This document shows positions 28,840 through 39,253 of a DNA stretch of 58,409 bases, piece after piece; the stretch's first letter is position 1; each line of letters starts with the position of its first letter. The notes beneath the pieces are model-generated. The model saw only the letters and a list, made by a program, of their open reading frames with translations, made no database searches and had not been told where the DNA came from. The position numbers were made by a program, and so were the translations under genes. Source of the stretch: Candidatus Hermodarchaeota archaeon. GTDB taxonomy: Archaea > Asgardarchaeota > Lokiarchaeia > Sigyniarchaeales > SOKP01. The stretch spans positions 1 to 58,409 of the forward strand of contig JBHLLP010000021.1 in NCBI GenBank assembly GCA_048885525.1. The letters run 5' to 3'.

Positions 28840-30261
28840 ATGGATGCTAAAGCAGAAGAAATACTTGCAGTCGTTGCTGAGAGAGCAAAGCTAGCTGAAG
28901 GTATCGAGGGCATTCGTTCAATTTTATTAACAATGTATCGTTTTCCTTCTCTTAAAAATAAAAAATTAGCTCAAAAAACAGAAATTGCCATTCCAACTAT
29001 TGCTGCCGTTAGAAGTGAATTAGTTAAAGCGGGAATTATTGAGAAGAGAAACTTTCTTGGTGAAAAAGGAAGAGAATGGGTAAAAACTAGATTAGATTTA
29101 AAATTTGATTATGACCCTTTACCTGGAAGCTTTAACAGTATCATAAAAGAAATACCTGAAGAATTTTCTTTCCTAAATGATATGCAAAAAATTATACAAA
29201 ATAGACCAACTCCAGAGTTTGCTCTTGATCAATCTCATGCTGATTTTCCTACAATAATTAAAAAAACATTATATTTGCTAAAAAAGGGAGATATTGAAGG
29301 AAGAAGGATTATATTTTTAGGAGATGATGACAATATTTCTCTATCTGTAGGATTAACTCGATTAGCGAAGGAAATAACTGTATTAGATATTGATAAGAGG
29401 ATTTTAGATTATATTTCAGAAAAAGCAGAAGAATATTCTTTACAAAATTTTAATATTATCCGTCATGACTTAAGAGAATCATGTGCAAAAGAGATCATGA
29501 ATAAATATGATGTAGTTGTAATGGATCCCCCTTACACAATACAAGGATTAAGATTATTTTTAAAAAGAGCAAGCCAAGTTTTAAAGTCAAGTATTCAAAT
29601 TAATAGTAAAATTTATCCCATAATAGGGAAAAAATGCCTTCTTAGTTTTGGAAACAAACCCCCAATAGAAATGCAGAAACTACAATTATCTATTTTAGAT
29701 CATGGATTTATTATTAAACAAATGATACCTGATTTTAATCGCTATGAAGGTGCTAGCATAATAGGTAAATTTAGTCATCTTTTTTATTTGAATTCGGTTA
29801 TAAATCCACACAGTAAATACAACCTCAGTTTTAGTTCCCGTCCGATATATACTTCCGAGGTTAAAGCAAAAATCACCCCTCCATTTACTCCTGTAGGATT
29901 TCATTTCTTTGGAGAAATGCGATTTGATTCGCAAAATCTAATATTAAATAATGAAAAAATTCGCCGAATATTTATGGATTCTTTGATAGCTTCTGATTTG
30001 AAGATATTAGATATTTATAACCATGATTATATCCCTTATGGATACAGTATAATTGCTATTTTAGAAACAAGTCATGCTGCACTTCATACATGGCCAGAAC
30101 ATGGGTATATTAGCATCGATATTTTTATTTGCGATGAATTTGAGAAGGGTTTAAATGCATTAAGGTTATTAAAGAATAATTTTAAACCTATGGAATCAGA
30201 ATTTTTTTATATGGAACGTGGTAAAGGAGGATTAATTGAGTATAAAACACTTAAATTATAA
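28840..30261 (+). CDS. Branched-chain polyamine synthase (BpsA) fused to S-adenosylmethionine decarboxylase
   Basis: RP.P...DQ, GDIEGRRIIFLGDDDNIS, MDPPYT (BpsA); GYSIIAILETSHAALHTWPEHGYISIDIFIC (AdoMetDC). Confidence 0.85.
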   Translation: MDAKAEEILAVVAERAKLAEGIEGIRSILLTMYRFPSLKNKKLAQKTEIAIPTIAAVRSELVKAGIIEKRNFLGEKGREWVKTRLDLKFDYDPLPGSFNSIIKEIPEEFSFLNDMQKIIQNRPTPEFALDQSHADFPTIIKKTLYLLKKGDIEGRRIIFLGDDDNISLSVGLTRLAKEITVLDIDKRILDYISEKAEEYSLQNFNIIRHDLRESCAKEIMNKYDVVVMDPPYTIQGLRLFLKRASQVLKSSIQINSKIYPIIGKKCLLSFGNKPPIEMQKLQLSILDHGFIIKQMIPDFNRYEGASIIGKFSHLFYLNSVINPHSKYNLSFSSRPIYTSEVKAKITPPFTPVGFHFFGEMRFDSQNLILNNEKIRRIFMDSLIASDLKILDIYNHDYIPYGYSIIAILETSHAALHTWPEHGYISIDIFICDEFEKGLNALRLLKNNFKPMESEFFYMERGKGGLIEYKTLKL

Positions 30262-30330
30262 GAATAAGTTTTTATATCGTAGGGTCTGAATAATCATAAA
30301 TTAAAAATCTATGAAAAAAAGAAAATTAAA

Positions 30331-31170
30331 ATGAAGGAATTAAACAATGATAATATTGGCTATTATGAAATTATAGATTTTCCAAAAGTTAGGATCCCAA
30401 CTTTAGATTTCCTTTCATTAGCAAATAATAATCATTATGTGAAAGGATTAATTGAATTTGATGTAACAGAAGGTAGAAACAAGATTCGAGAACATGAGAA
30501 GAATACAAATAAAAAGATTTCATTTACAGCTTGGCTTCTAAAGTGCATAGGACAATCAGCCAGTGAATTCAAGGAGGTACATTCATTGATGATGGGTAAA
30601 CGTAAAATCGTCAAATTTGATGACGTTGATATCTCAATAACTGTTGAAAAAACGGTTGATGGTCAAAAAGTCCCAATGCCTCTTGTAGTAAGAAAAACGA
30701 ATAAAAAGACTGTTATCCAAATAAATGATGAAATAAGAAAAGCTCAATCAGAAGAAGCCAGTGGAGTAACAGTATTAGGAAACCATAATATAAAAAAAAA
30801 GGTAAAATATTATATTTCTTTGCCAAAATTTCTTAGAAGGTATTTATTAAGGAAGAGATTAAAAGATCCTTTAAAAGTTAAACAACTTATGGGAACAATT
30901 ATAGTCACTTCGATTGGAATGTTTGCTAATTTTCATGGATGGCCAATTCCTACAACATCACATCCATTAGCTTTTGGTATAGGGAGCATTACAAAAAAAC
31001 CAGCAGTTATTAATGAAAAAATCGAAATTCGAGAATTTTTAGCTCTTACTGTTTTATTTAATCATGACATTGTCGATGGAGCTCCTGCAACTCGATTCAT
31101 GACTCGATTAGGTGAATTAATAGAAAGTGGATTTGGACTTCTTAACTTAGAATCTTTCATATTTTTTTAA
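30331..31170 (+). CDS. 2-oxoacid dehydrogenase E2-like acyltransferase (catalytic domain only)
   Basis: GTIIVTSIG, FNHDIVDGAPATRF; no lipoyl domain. Confidence 0.88.
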   Translation: MKELNNDNIGYYEIIDFPKVRIPTLDFLSLANNNHYVKGLIEFDVTEGRNKIREHEKNTNKKISFTAWLLKCIGQSASEFKEVHSLMMGKRKIVKFDDVDISITVEKTVDGQKVPMPLVVRKTNKKTVIQINDEIRKAQSEEASGVTVLGNHNIKKKVKYYISLPKFLRRYLLRKRLKDPLKVKQLMGTIIVTSIGMFANFHGWPIPTTSHPLAFGIGSITKKPAVINEKIEIREFLALTVLFNHDIVDGAPATRFMTRLGELIESGFGLLNLESFIFF

Positions 31171-31318
31171 ATTTCTATTCATATTACTAAAATAAATTTA
31201 AAAAAATAAATGGTTAAAAAATAATAACTTGTCCGATTCCTTATTTTCAATAAAAAAATTTGGTTAGAATGAAAAAAATCTTCCCGAGATTTAACATTAT
31301 AATAATTGGAGTATTAAT

Positions 31319-32065
31319 TTGAACCTCTTACAAATTACTTTAATAATAATTGGTTTTATAATAGCATTAATTCTCATTTTTGGTTTACCTCGGAAGAAAA
31401 TTTCAAGAATACCTAGTATTGAAGGTCTTGATATCCCTGAAGTCGCGGCAGCATTTGAAAGAATGACTAATTTTTTACCATTTAAACTCTTAAGAAGAAA
31501 AGTATTATCTAAATTAAAGTTATTAAAGCCTACTGGAAAACTAGTTGATGCAGGATGTGGATCTGGGAACTTAATTGTACAAATAGCAAAAACCTTACTA
31601 GATCTTGATTTAATAGGTGTTGATATATCTGATGAGGTATTAAATTTAGCTAAAAAGAGAGTTATTAAAAATGATTTAAGTGAAAAAATAGAATTTAAAT
31701 TAGGAAATGTTGAAGATTTGCCATTTTCAGATAATTCAATAGACTTCTTACTCAGTACTCTTTCTCTCCATCATTGGCAGGATCCGATACGAGCTTTTAA
31801 TGAATTTTTTCGTGTTTTACGAAAAGATGGCACTTTATTAATTTTTGATTTTCGGAGAGATGCTAGGAAATTTTTCTATGGTTTATTAAAGTTTGCTACG
31901 AAAATTGTTGTTCCTAAGGCATTAAAAAGAATTAATGAACCTTTAGGTTCTCTGCAAGCGGGATATACTCCTCAAGAGATTAGAAAATTGATTTCTAAAT
32001 CCCTTTTTAATAATATAGAAATTGAATCGTTTCTTGCATGGATTTTTATTAAGATGAAGAAATAA
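31319..32065 (+). CDS. Class I SAM-dependent methyltransferase with N-terminal TM
   Basis: VDAGCGSG, LPFSDNSID, SLHHW, RVLRKDG. Confidence 0.9.
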   Translation: MNLLQITLIIIGFIIALILIFGLPRKKISRIPSIEGLDIPEVAAAFERMTNFLPFKLLRRKVLSKLKLLKPTGKLVDAGCGSGNLIVQIAKTLLDLDLIGVDISDEVLNLAKKRVIKNDLSEKIEFKLGNVEDLPFSDNSIDFLLSTLSLHHWQDPIRAFNEFFRVLRKDGTLLIFDFRRDARKFFYGLLKFATKIVVPKALKRINEPLGSLQAGYTPQEIRKLISKSLFNNIEIESFLAWIFIKMKK

Positions 32066-32161
32066 ATATGGATTTAATTGACTGTATTTGTCCTTACAAC
32101 TTTTTAGAATATGTTAAACGACTAGATATATTGAGAAATTAACAATTTTTATAGTTAAGTT

Positions 32162-32698
32162 TTATTCTTTGGAGGATTTATAAATGCGTGACACTAATTT
32201 AGTAAAAAATTCTTCCACTCCAGTACCTATTTTAGCGCTAGTTTCATGATATGCACAAGCTTTTAATTTTTTTTTAAGAATCTCAGAATCTTTTTTTATA
32301 ATTATTTTATTATCATCATTTATTAAATCAAGCTTATTACCAACAAGAATACTAGAAAATCCTTTAATAGCCTTTTCAATTTCATTTTTCCAGCCAAAAA
32401 TATTATCAAATGTATTCTTATTAGTTAAATCAAAAACATATACTATTCCTTTCGCACCTTTATAAAATCCGAGTCTAACCCATTTGAAGTGTTCTTGTCC
32501 TGCTAAATCCCATATCTGTAAGGTAATCGGATCCTTTACATTTTGCATTTTTATAATTTTTACAAAAAAATTGGAACCTATTGTAGAACTTACATCTGGG
32601 TTAAATCTCCTTTCTAAATATTGGTGAAGTAAAGTTGTTTTGCCTACTCCAAAATCACCAACTATACAAATCTTATAAAAAGGAATTTTTGAACCCAT
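32162..32698 (-). CDS. Rab-like small GTPase
   Basis: GDFGVGKT, TIG, WDLAGQE, NKLD, TSAK (G1-G5); no C-terminal prenylation Cys. Confidence 0.93.
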   Translation of the reverse strand: MGSKIPFYKICIVGDFGVGKTTLLHQYLERRFNPDVSSTIGSNFFVKIIKMQNVKDPITLQIWDLAGQEHFKWVRLGFYKGAKGIVYVFDLTNKNTFDNIFGWKNEIEKAIKGFSSILVGNKLDLINDDNKIIIKKDSEILKKKLKACAYHETSAKIGTGVEEFFTKLVSRIYKSSKE

Positions 32699-32788
32699 TC
32701 CGAATAAAATAAATACACTTACTTAAATTAATCTGAGCATAATTTTATAATTTTATATTACAAAATAAAATGATTTAGAAGTCGGTTA

Positions 32789-33007
32789 TTAGTATCTTTT
32801 TTTCATCCAAATAATATATTGAATTCTTGTAAGTAATAGAATTCCCGCGAGCAACATTGCAATACCAATAGACATTAACAATGGAGATTCACTTATTCGG
32901 GAGCTAAAAAGAGTTATAACCCAAATAACAAGTAGGATAATTGATATAAATATTATAATTAAGGAGATATTTCTAATTCTTTTATCTAATTTATCCAATT
33001 CTTCCAT
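32789..33007 (-). CDS. Small 2-TM membrane protein
   Basis: Two hydrophobic segments, basic C-terminus. Confidence 0.65.
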   Translation of the reverse strand: MEELDKLDKRIRNISLIIIFISIILLVIWVITLFSSRISESPLLMSIGIAMLLAGILLLTRIQYIIWMKKRY

Positions 33008-33131
33008 TTTTAGAACAATAAGAATTTGAAATGTTTATTTAAAATCCATATTAAACTTAATATATTTATTAAAAATAGAAAAAAAATTTTATACATTCAT
33101 TATATATATAAATTTTTAATTCGAGAAGTAA

Positions 33132-35207
33132 ATGAATACACAGAAGGAAGGAACAGTATATACACCTGAAAATATAGCAAATTATATTGCAAAAACTGCA
33201 ATCGAAAAGTTTCTGCTCAAAAAAATAAATAAAAAGTTCTCAACTAATATTTCAAATTTGAATAAATTTTTCAAGAAAGAGAAAAAAAAATTTAATAACA
33301 GAAATAAGATTTTTGATCGATCTATTACTAAAAGTAAGAGAGAATGGCTTAATTATATTTTTGAAATATTATTGTCTTTAAAAATTTTAGATCCTGCTGT
33401 AGGTAGCGGACAATTTATAATTGCTGCATTAGATTTTTTGGAAGAATACTATCTTAACCTGAAAAACTTAGGAATAATAAACTGGTCTAAAAGTAAAATA
33501 AGAGAATATATTATCTCAAATAGTTTATTTGGTGTCGATATTGAAATTGAAGCGATTATAATGACAAAGAGGAGATTACTATCAAAATTTGAAGACTTAA
33601 TTACCAATACAAAAGAGAACAAGGTCTTGCATGATCTTAATTCTCACTTTAAGACAGGTAACGCGATAATTGGTTATATTAAACAACTGGAAATTACAAC
33701 TCCTAGTTGTACAGACTTAGATTCTCGTTTTTATGAAGAAATTAAGAGTATTTTTGAATCTAATAAAAATTTGAGAAAAATTGAATTAACTGAAAAAGAA
33801 AAGAAAGAAATGGTATTTAATTTAAAGCCATTTCATTGGTTCTATGAATTTCCAGAAATTATGCAAAAAGGGGGTTTTGATATAATAATTGAGAATCCGC
33901 CATATATATCTAACAAGCAGTTAAGCTATCTCGAGAAGGCAATATATCAAAATAGATACAAAACACCAAAAGGCTTAATGAATGTATTTGGTATATTTAT
34001 TGAACGTTCTATCGAATTATGCCATTCATCTTCAATAATAAGCTTTATAATTCATAAAAATATGATTCGGTCAAATAATTATGATTTATTAAGAAAATAT
34101 TTATTAGAACACACTACAATTCAGGAAATCATTGATGTAGGTGCTGGAGCTTTTCAATCTATAACAGCTGAAACAGTAATTATTATTTTAACAACAATAA
34201 CTCCTTCAGAGGAGCATAAAATTTTAATAAAAACTAAATTTGCTAATCAAAATAAATATACTCCTAAGGACGTTTTATTAAAGCAAATACCCCAGAAAAT
34301 ATATTTAACCCAAGAAAATTATAATTTCAATTTAGAGCTCCAAGATGACGAGCTCGAAATTATTAATTATATAAAAAATACAAAAGATTGTGATTTAATT
34401 AAATATTTTGAAGCCAAAACTTGTATAGCTACTGGAAATGATAAGAAATTCTTGGCAGATCATAAAATAGATAGTTCATATAAGAAAACTCTGAAAGGTA
34501 AGAATATTGGGTGTTATTATATAGATTTCGATGATTTATACGTATTCTATGATGCAAAGGCTCTTCATAGGGCGAGAGATGAAAATATATTTCAAAAACC
34601 TGAAAAATTGATTATGCAAACAATTAGCTCTAATCTAACCGTAGCATATGACAATAATAATTATTACCCTTTAAGTACATGTATCGCTATAATTCCAAAA
34701 GATGATATGGATAACGGTTTTAATATAAAATATCTTCTTCTATTAATGAATTCAAAACTGATGAATTTCTATTATGATTTTGTTTTTAATTTAGGTGCTC
34801 AATTGACTACAGAAATCTCTGTAAATAATATTAATCGATTGCCACTTAAATTACTTGATAATTATGAGCTTTTTATTATTCTAGCAGATATTATGATTCA
34901 TCTTAATGAGAAAGAGGCTGTGAGAGAGAATAACAAAGATTATGTTGAATTTCTAGATGATTTAATAAATTGTTTGATAATTGGGATTTTTTTTTCTGAT
35001 AAATTTCATTCAGATGGCTTAAATATAGATTTAATCAACCTTATTGCTCAAAATATTATGAATAAGAATTTGAATACAATTCCACAAATTCAAGTATGTA
35101 TTAAAGACATACAAGACGATAAGGATATTTGTAAAGAGATACAATATATAAAAAACCATTCTTGGGCTAAAATTGTAGATGAATATTTCAAAAAACGACA
35201 AATATAG
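33132..35207 (+). CDS. Eco57I/TaqI-like N6-adenine DNA methyltransferase with C-terminal specificity domain
   Basis: YTP, ILDPAVGSGQF, GFDIIIENPPY, KYLLLLMNSKL. Confidence 0.9.
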   Translation: MNTQKEGTVYTPENIANYIAKTAIEKFLLKKINKKFSTNISNLNKFFKKEKKKFNNRNKIFDRSITKSKREWLNYIFEILLSLKILDPAVGSGQFIIAALDFLEEYYLNLKNLGIINWSKSKIREYIISNSLFGVDIEIEAIIMTKRRLLSKFEDLITNTKENKVLHDLNSHFKTGNAIIGYIKQLEITTPSCTDLDSRFYEEIKSIFESNKNLRKIELTEKEKKEMVFNLKPFHWFYEFPEIMQKGGFDIIIENPPYISNKQLSYLEKAIYQNRYKTPKGLMNVFGIFIERSIELCHSSSIISFIIHKNMIRSNNYDLLRKYLLEHTTIQEIIDVGAGAFQSITAETVIIILTTITPSEEHKILIKTKFANQNKYTPKDVLLKQIPQKIYLTQENYNFNLELQDDELEIINYIKNTKDCDLIKYFEAKTCIATGNDKKFLADHKIDSSYKKTLKGKNIGCYYIDFDDLYVFYDAKALHRARDENIFQKPEKLIMQTISSNLTVAYDNNNYYPLSTCIAIIPKDDMDNGFNIKYLLLLMNSKLMNFYYDFVFNLGAQLTTEISVNNINRLPLKLLDNYELFIILADIMIHLNEKEAVRENNKDYVEFLDDLINCLIIGIFFSDKFHSDGLNIDLINLIAQNIMNKNLNTIPQIQVCIKDIQDDKDICKEIQYIKNHSWAKIVDEYFKKRQI

Positions 35208-35381
35208 AAAGTAAAAGTTTTATTATCCTTTTCTCCAATTTCTTATTTTGAATTTTCAAAAATGAATTTGATAATATTATAGAAGTAAAATAATTTATTT
35301 AAAAGATATTTATACCTTCACATTTTTATTACAAAGGTTCGAAATTCATAATAGGATTTGTTAATTTGTTAATATTATCAT

Positions 35382-35873
35382 ATGGCAAGTAATAATTCTT
35401 CGTCTGTAAAAGTTAAACTCAAAATTCAAATTAATAATTTAATAACAATTTATGAGCAAAAGGCGGAATGCGGAATATTTTTTAAGCTCAATTCTAAAAA
35501 ATCGCCCTTAGAGATTTTAGGAGTACTGAATTTCTTAAAAAACCGAATAAAAAAATGGGGAAATACAAATATATTCAGTTATTATGGCGATTTGTTTAGT
35601 AGGGGTGCTGTTTTGGTTGTAGGAGCTAGAAATTTAGAAGAAGCTATAAGTATAATAATATATATGTATTTATCTAATGTTGTGGATAATGAGGACGGAA
35701 TAAATTATCTACTTGATAAATTAGGTTCAAATGAGCTTGAAATATTTTTAAGAAATCAAATTTCAAATAATATCAAGATAGGTTACCCAGAGGATCTTGA
35801 TTTAGAATTAAAATTAAGAGATCATATTGATAAACTAATTTATGACCAAAATGGTGAAAATCTAAATTTATAA
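35382..35873 (+). CDS. Hypothetical protein
   Basis: 163-aa ORF with normal composition, no motif recognised. Confidence 0.65.
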   Translation: MASNNSSSVKVKLKIQINNLITIYEQKAECGIFFKLNSKKSPLEILGVLNFLKNRIKKWGNTNIFSYYGDLFSRGAVLVVGARNLEEAISIIIYMYLSNVVDNEDGINYLLDKLGSNELEIFLRNQISNNIKIGYPEDLDLELKLRDHIDKLIYDQNGENLNL

Positions 35874-37148
35874 AACCTTTGAATTGATTTCTTCTCTCTT
35901 AATATTCCTTGATAAAAATATTAGAAATATCAATATTATTGGGCCTAGAAAGGTTAAAAACCAATGGATTCCAAATAAATAAACTTCAATAACATACCCT
36001 GCAATTATAGGAGTTAAACCAAAACCCATACCTATTATGATTTCATTAATTGTGGCATATTTTGAAGTGTTTTCAGCTGTGCCATATTCTAACATTATCT
36101 TTAAACCGATCCCATGAATTACTCCTAAGAATAGTCCTACAACAGTAGATATAATTGAAATATACCAGATATCTCTAAGAAGAATAATTGTGAATGTAAT
36201 TATGGCAATAGATACAACACTTATAAATGAAGCTAATTTTCTACTATAAATTTTCATTGAATTTATCCAAGTTAAACCAATAAGTTGCATTAATTGTAGC
36301 CCACCTTGGACCAGATAAGTGAGATACGAAAACTCCTCTGATAAGAGAGCTTTTACTAAAATTGGATATCCGAAAATAAATATCGATTTTGATAGAGTCA
36401 AAAACATGATGCAGAACCATGAAAAAAGCACAGGATATACAATCATGGGTGTATGTGAATTAACCAATAAATCTTCTTTAATATCTAAGTGAGAAAGAGG
36501 ATCTTCTGATTGGTAAATAACAATTTCTTTTGGAATACTCGGTTTTTTATCCTTAATTATAAAGAAACTTACAGGGATTAGTAGAAATGATAGCGTCCAT
36601 GAAATTATCATAGCTAGAAAGTCACTCCAAGATATTGCAAAAAGAAACCCGATTAAAAGTCCACTGATGAAGCCCGAATTCCAACTCAGATTAAACAGTC
36701 CAAAATCCTTTTTTGATTTTTCAGTACTACTCACTTTTGCCCATCTACTAAGTAAATTAAGACAGTTTGGCCAAAACAATCCTAATGTTAATCCTAATAA
36801 AATTCGACAGATAATTAAGAACCAAACCTCTGGATAGACAATTTGAAGCCCAGTAAGGATAGGTGTTAAAAAAGAAGTAAAAATAAGGGCATTTCGTACT
36901 CCTAGAAATTTATCTGTAAGTAACTGTCCTAAAATCGGCGCAAAAATGTAAGTTATAGCTCCAGCAGAGGATATAAATCCTAATATACTCTCTCTAATAC
37001 CAATATCATAATAGAGATAGTTGAATAAAGCTCTTTCAAAAATAGAGACATAAAATAATCTTATAAATGCAAGTAAAAATACTGGCCATGCTCTATAGTT
37101 TACTGAAGTTTGATTTTGGTGTAAATTAGTTTTATTCGGTTCTTGCAC
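35868..37148 (-). CDS. MFS transporter
   Basis: About 12 TM; GQLLTDKFLG, RILLGL motifs. Confidence 0.85.
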   Translation of the reverse strand: MQEPNKTNLHQNQTSVNYRAWPVFLLAFIRLFYVSIFERALFNYLYYDIGIRESILGFISSAGAITYIFAPILGQLLTDKFLGVRNALIFTSFLTPILTGLQIVYPEVWFLIICRILLGLTLGLFWPNCLNLLSRWAKVSSTEKSKKDFGLFNLSWNSGFISGLLIGFLFAISWSDFLAMIISWTLSFLLIPVSFFIIKDKKPSIPKEIVIYQSEDPLSHLDIKEDLLVNSHTPMIVYPVLFSWFCIMFLTLSKSIFIFGYPILVKALLSEEFSYLTYLVQGGLQLMQLIGLTWINSMKIYSRKLASFISVVSIAIITFTIILLRDIWYISIISTVVGLFLGVIHGIGLKIMLEYGTAENTSKYATINEIIIGMGFGLTPIIAGYVIEVYLFGIHWFLTFLGPIILIFLIFLSRNIKREEINSKVL

Positions 37149-37245
37149 TATAATGTCCTTATAATTATAAAGTTAAAAAAAGAAATGGTAAATTACTGAT
37201 ATATTTTATTGAAAATTAAAATAGCTTTTGTCTGTCAGCTTATAT

Positions 37246-37866
37246 TTATTTTCTTAATTTTGGAATAAACATAGGAACTTTTTTCATATAATCCTCATAT
37301 TCCTTTCCAAATTCTTTAATTAGTTCTTTTTCTTCTTTCCTAGAGATAAGATAATTTAAAAGGATTACAATTGGGGATATTAATAAAGATAGATATGCTG
37401 ACAAAAGAAAAGTGATTCCTATATGCGCTAATATTCCACCGAAGTATTGTGGGTGGCGTATTACGGAGTATAATCCCGAAGATACAATTTTTTCAGTTCT
37501 ATGAGTCTCTGCTACTTTTAGAGTTGTTTCTCTTACACTTCCTACTCCAAACCAGGCGCCTATTACAATGAAAGGTAAAGAAATCAAAAGATGGATCAAT
37601 ATAATTGGTAAATTTATAATTGGGATATTAATAATAAGGTAATCTAAGAGTGGTATTATAAAGCGAGGTTGAGGAGAGAACCACACTCCAAACCAAAATA
37701 AAAAGAAGCCCCATCCAGAAACCATACCAAGTATATCACCAATTTTAGTCCCTTTTTCTTTTCCATATTTTTCTTGCAGCTTTAAGTGTTCAACTGATAA
37801 AAAATGAAGTGGTACCATGAGGGACATACCTATAATTGAAACAATAAACCAAATACACATTTTCAC
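37246..37866 (-). CDS. Isoprenylcysteine carboxyl methyltransferase family membrane protein
   Basis: GLYSVIRHPQY, EEKELIKEFGKEYEDYMKKVPMFIP. Confidence 0.88.
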   Translation of the reverse strand: MKMCIWFIVSIIGMSLMVPLHFLSVEHLKLQEKYGKEKGTKIGDILGMVSGWGFFLFWFGVWFSPQPRFIIPLLDYLIINIPIINLPIILIHLLISLPFIVIGAWFGVGSVRETTLKVAETHRTEKIVSSGLYSVIRHPQYFGGILAHIGITFLLSAYLSLLISPIVILLNYLISRKEEKELIKEFGKEYEDYMKKVPMFIPKLRK

Positions 37867-38016
37867 ATTCCATCTAAAAAAATATGGTATAAATTTTATT
37901 CATTCTAATACTTGATACTTAATATAATTTATATCAATGGATTTTCAGATCATACAACTGAGATAAAGACAAATCCCAATGTATGGAATTTTTCACAGTT
38001 TAACGGAATATAAGGA

Positions 38017-38565
38017 TTATAAAAGCTGAATTATTGTTATTGAATTTAGCAGTTTAGAAAAATTAACAATTTCTGGGTTGTCCATTTTTGGATTCCAGCC
38101 AAATAAGAATTTAGCCGATCTTTTATGGTTAATAACATACCATTTAACAATATTTAGTTTATCGGTTTCATTTATTACAAATTTGATCCTTGGCTGATAA
38201 AAATGAAATCCATGTCTTACCCATACAGACTCAGGATTGGCTCGTATATTTTTTAACCAACCAGCTTCTTCACCTCTACCAGAAAAAATTGTTATTACTC
38301 CATCAATTCGATGATATTCTAACGGAGTTTTTCTTTTTTTTCCTGTTTTTCTTCCTAAAGTAGTCAAGATAAGAAAAATCCTTCCAAAGCCTAGTAATGG
38401 TAACAATCTCGACAAATATAGAGGAATGACCAAATATTTATTTATCCTTTTATATTTTTTCAAAATTTTTTTCCTTATTTCGCTATCAGGATGATTAAGG
38501 TTATAGAGTGCTGAACCTCGTCTAGGTAATTCATTTTCAATACCATTTTGATTATTTAATTTCAT
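38017..38565 (-). CDS. Deazaflavin (F420)-dependent nitroreductase family (Ddn-like)
   Basis: LTTLGRKTGKKRKTPL, WLKNIRANP. Confidence 0.85.
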   Translation of the reverse strand: MKLNNQNGIENELPRRGSALYNLNHPDSEIRKKILKKYKRINKYLVIPLYLSRLLPLLGFGRIFLILTTLGRKTGKKRKTPLEYHRIDGVITIFSGRGEEAGWLKNIRANPESVWVRHGFHFYQPRIKFVINETDKLNIVKWYVINHKRSAKFLFGWNPKMDNPEIVNFSKLLNSITIIQLL

Positions 38566-38732
38566 TTTAAATATATTAAGTCTATATTTATTTTTTTATC
38601 TTGAGTCATTTTGAGCTGATATAGAGTAGTGTTTTAAAAAATTTTAGGTTAAACTTATATCAATAGAATACTTAAAAAACTTAATTGGTACAATTTTAAT
38701 CAAATGTACACAACTTTATTTAGGTTGTATCA

Positions 38733-38987
38733 ATGGGAAAAGGAACTGTAAAGTGGTTTAACAAGAAAAAAGGCTATGGATTTATAACTCCAGAAGATGG
38801 ATCTCCTGATATATTTGTTCATTATTCAGCCATAAAAGGTGAGCCTGGTGAATTTAAGATAATTTATGAGGGAGATATTGTAAAATATGAAACTACACAA
38901 GGTCAAAAAGGCCCTCAAGCCAGTAATGTCACAATAATAGAAAAAGGTCCTCGAACAAGCACACATGGCCGAAAATCTTTTTATTAA
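38733..38987 (+). CDS. csp: Cold-shock domain protein
   Basis: [14 protein letters not shown] (RNP1), DIFVHYSAI (RNP2), KGPQASNV. Confidence 0.95.
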   Translation: MGKGTVKWFNKKKGYGFITPEDGSPDIFVHYSAIKGEPGEFKIIYEGDIVKYETTQGQKGPQASNVTIIEKGPRTSTHGRKSFY

Positions 38988-39253
38988 TAAGTTGGTTTAT
39001 TAATTACAAAAAAGAGCATATGGTTTAAATTTAAGGAATTTTGAAAGATATGAAATACATGAAAATGAGTTTTAAAACTTCTTTTGAGCATTATTTTGCA
39101 TCTTACATATTCCCTTTTTTTTAATTTTTATTTTAATAACAAACCTTTTAATTTTAAATTAAAAAATTTCATATAATAGTATTATAAGAAAAAACCTTAA
39201 GAAAATATAAAGAAATATCAGTTACAATTCGATTTTTAATAGATTTTTCCTAT

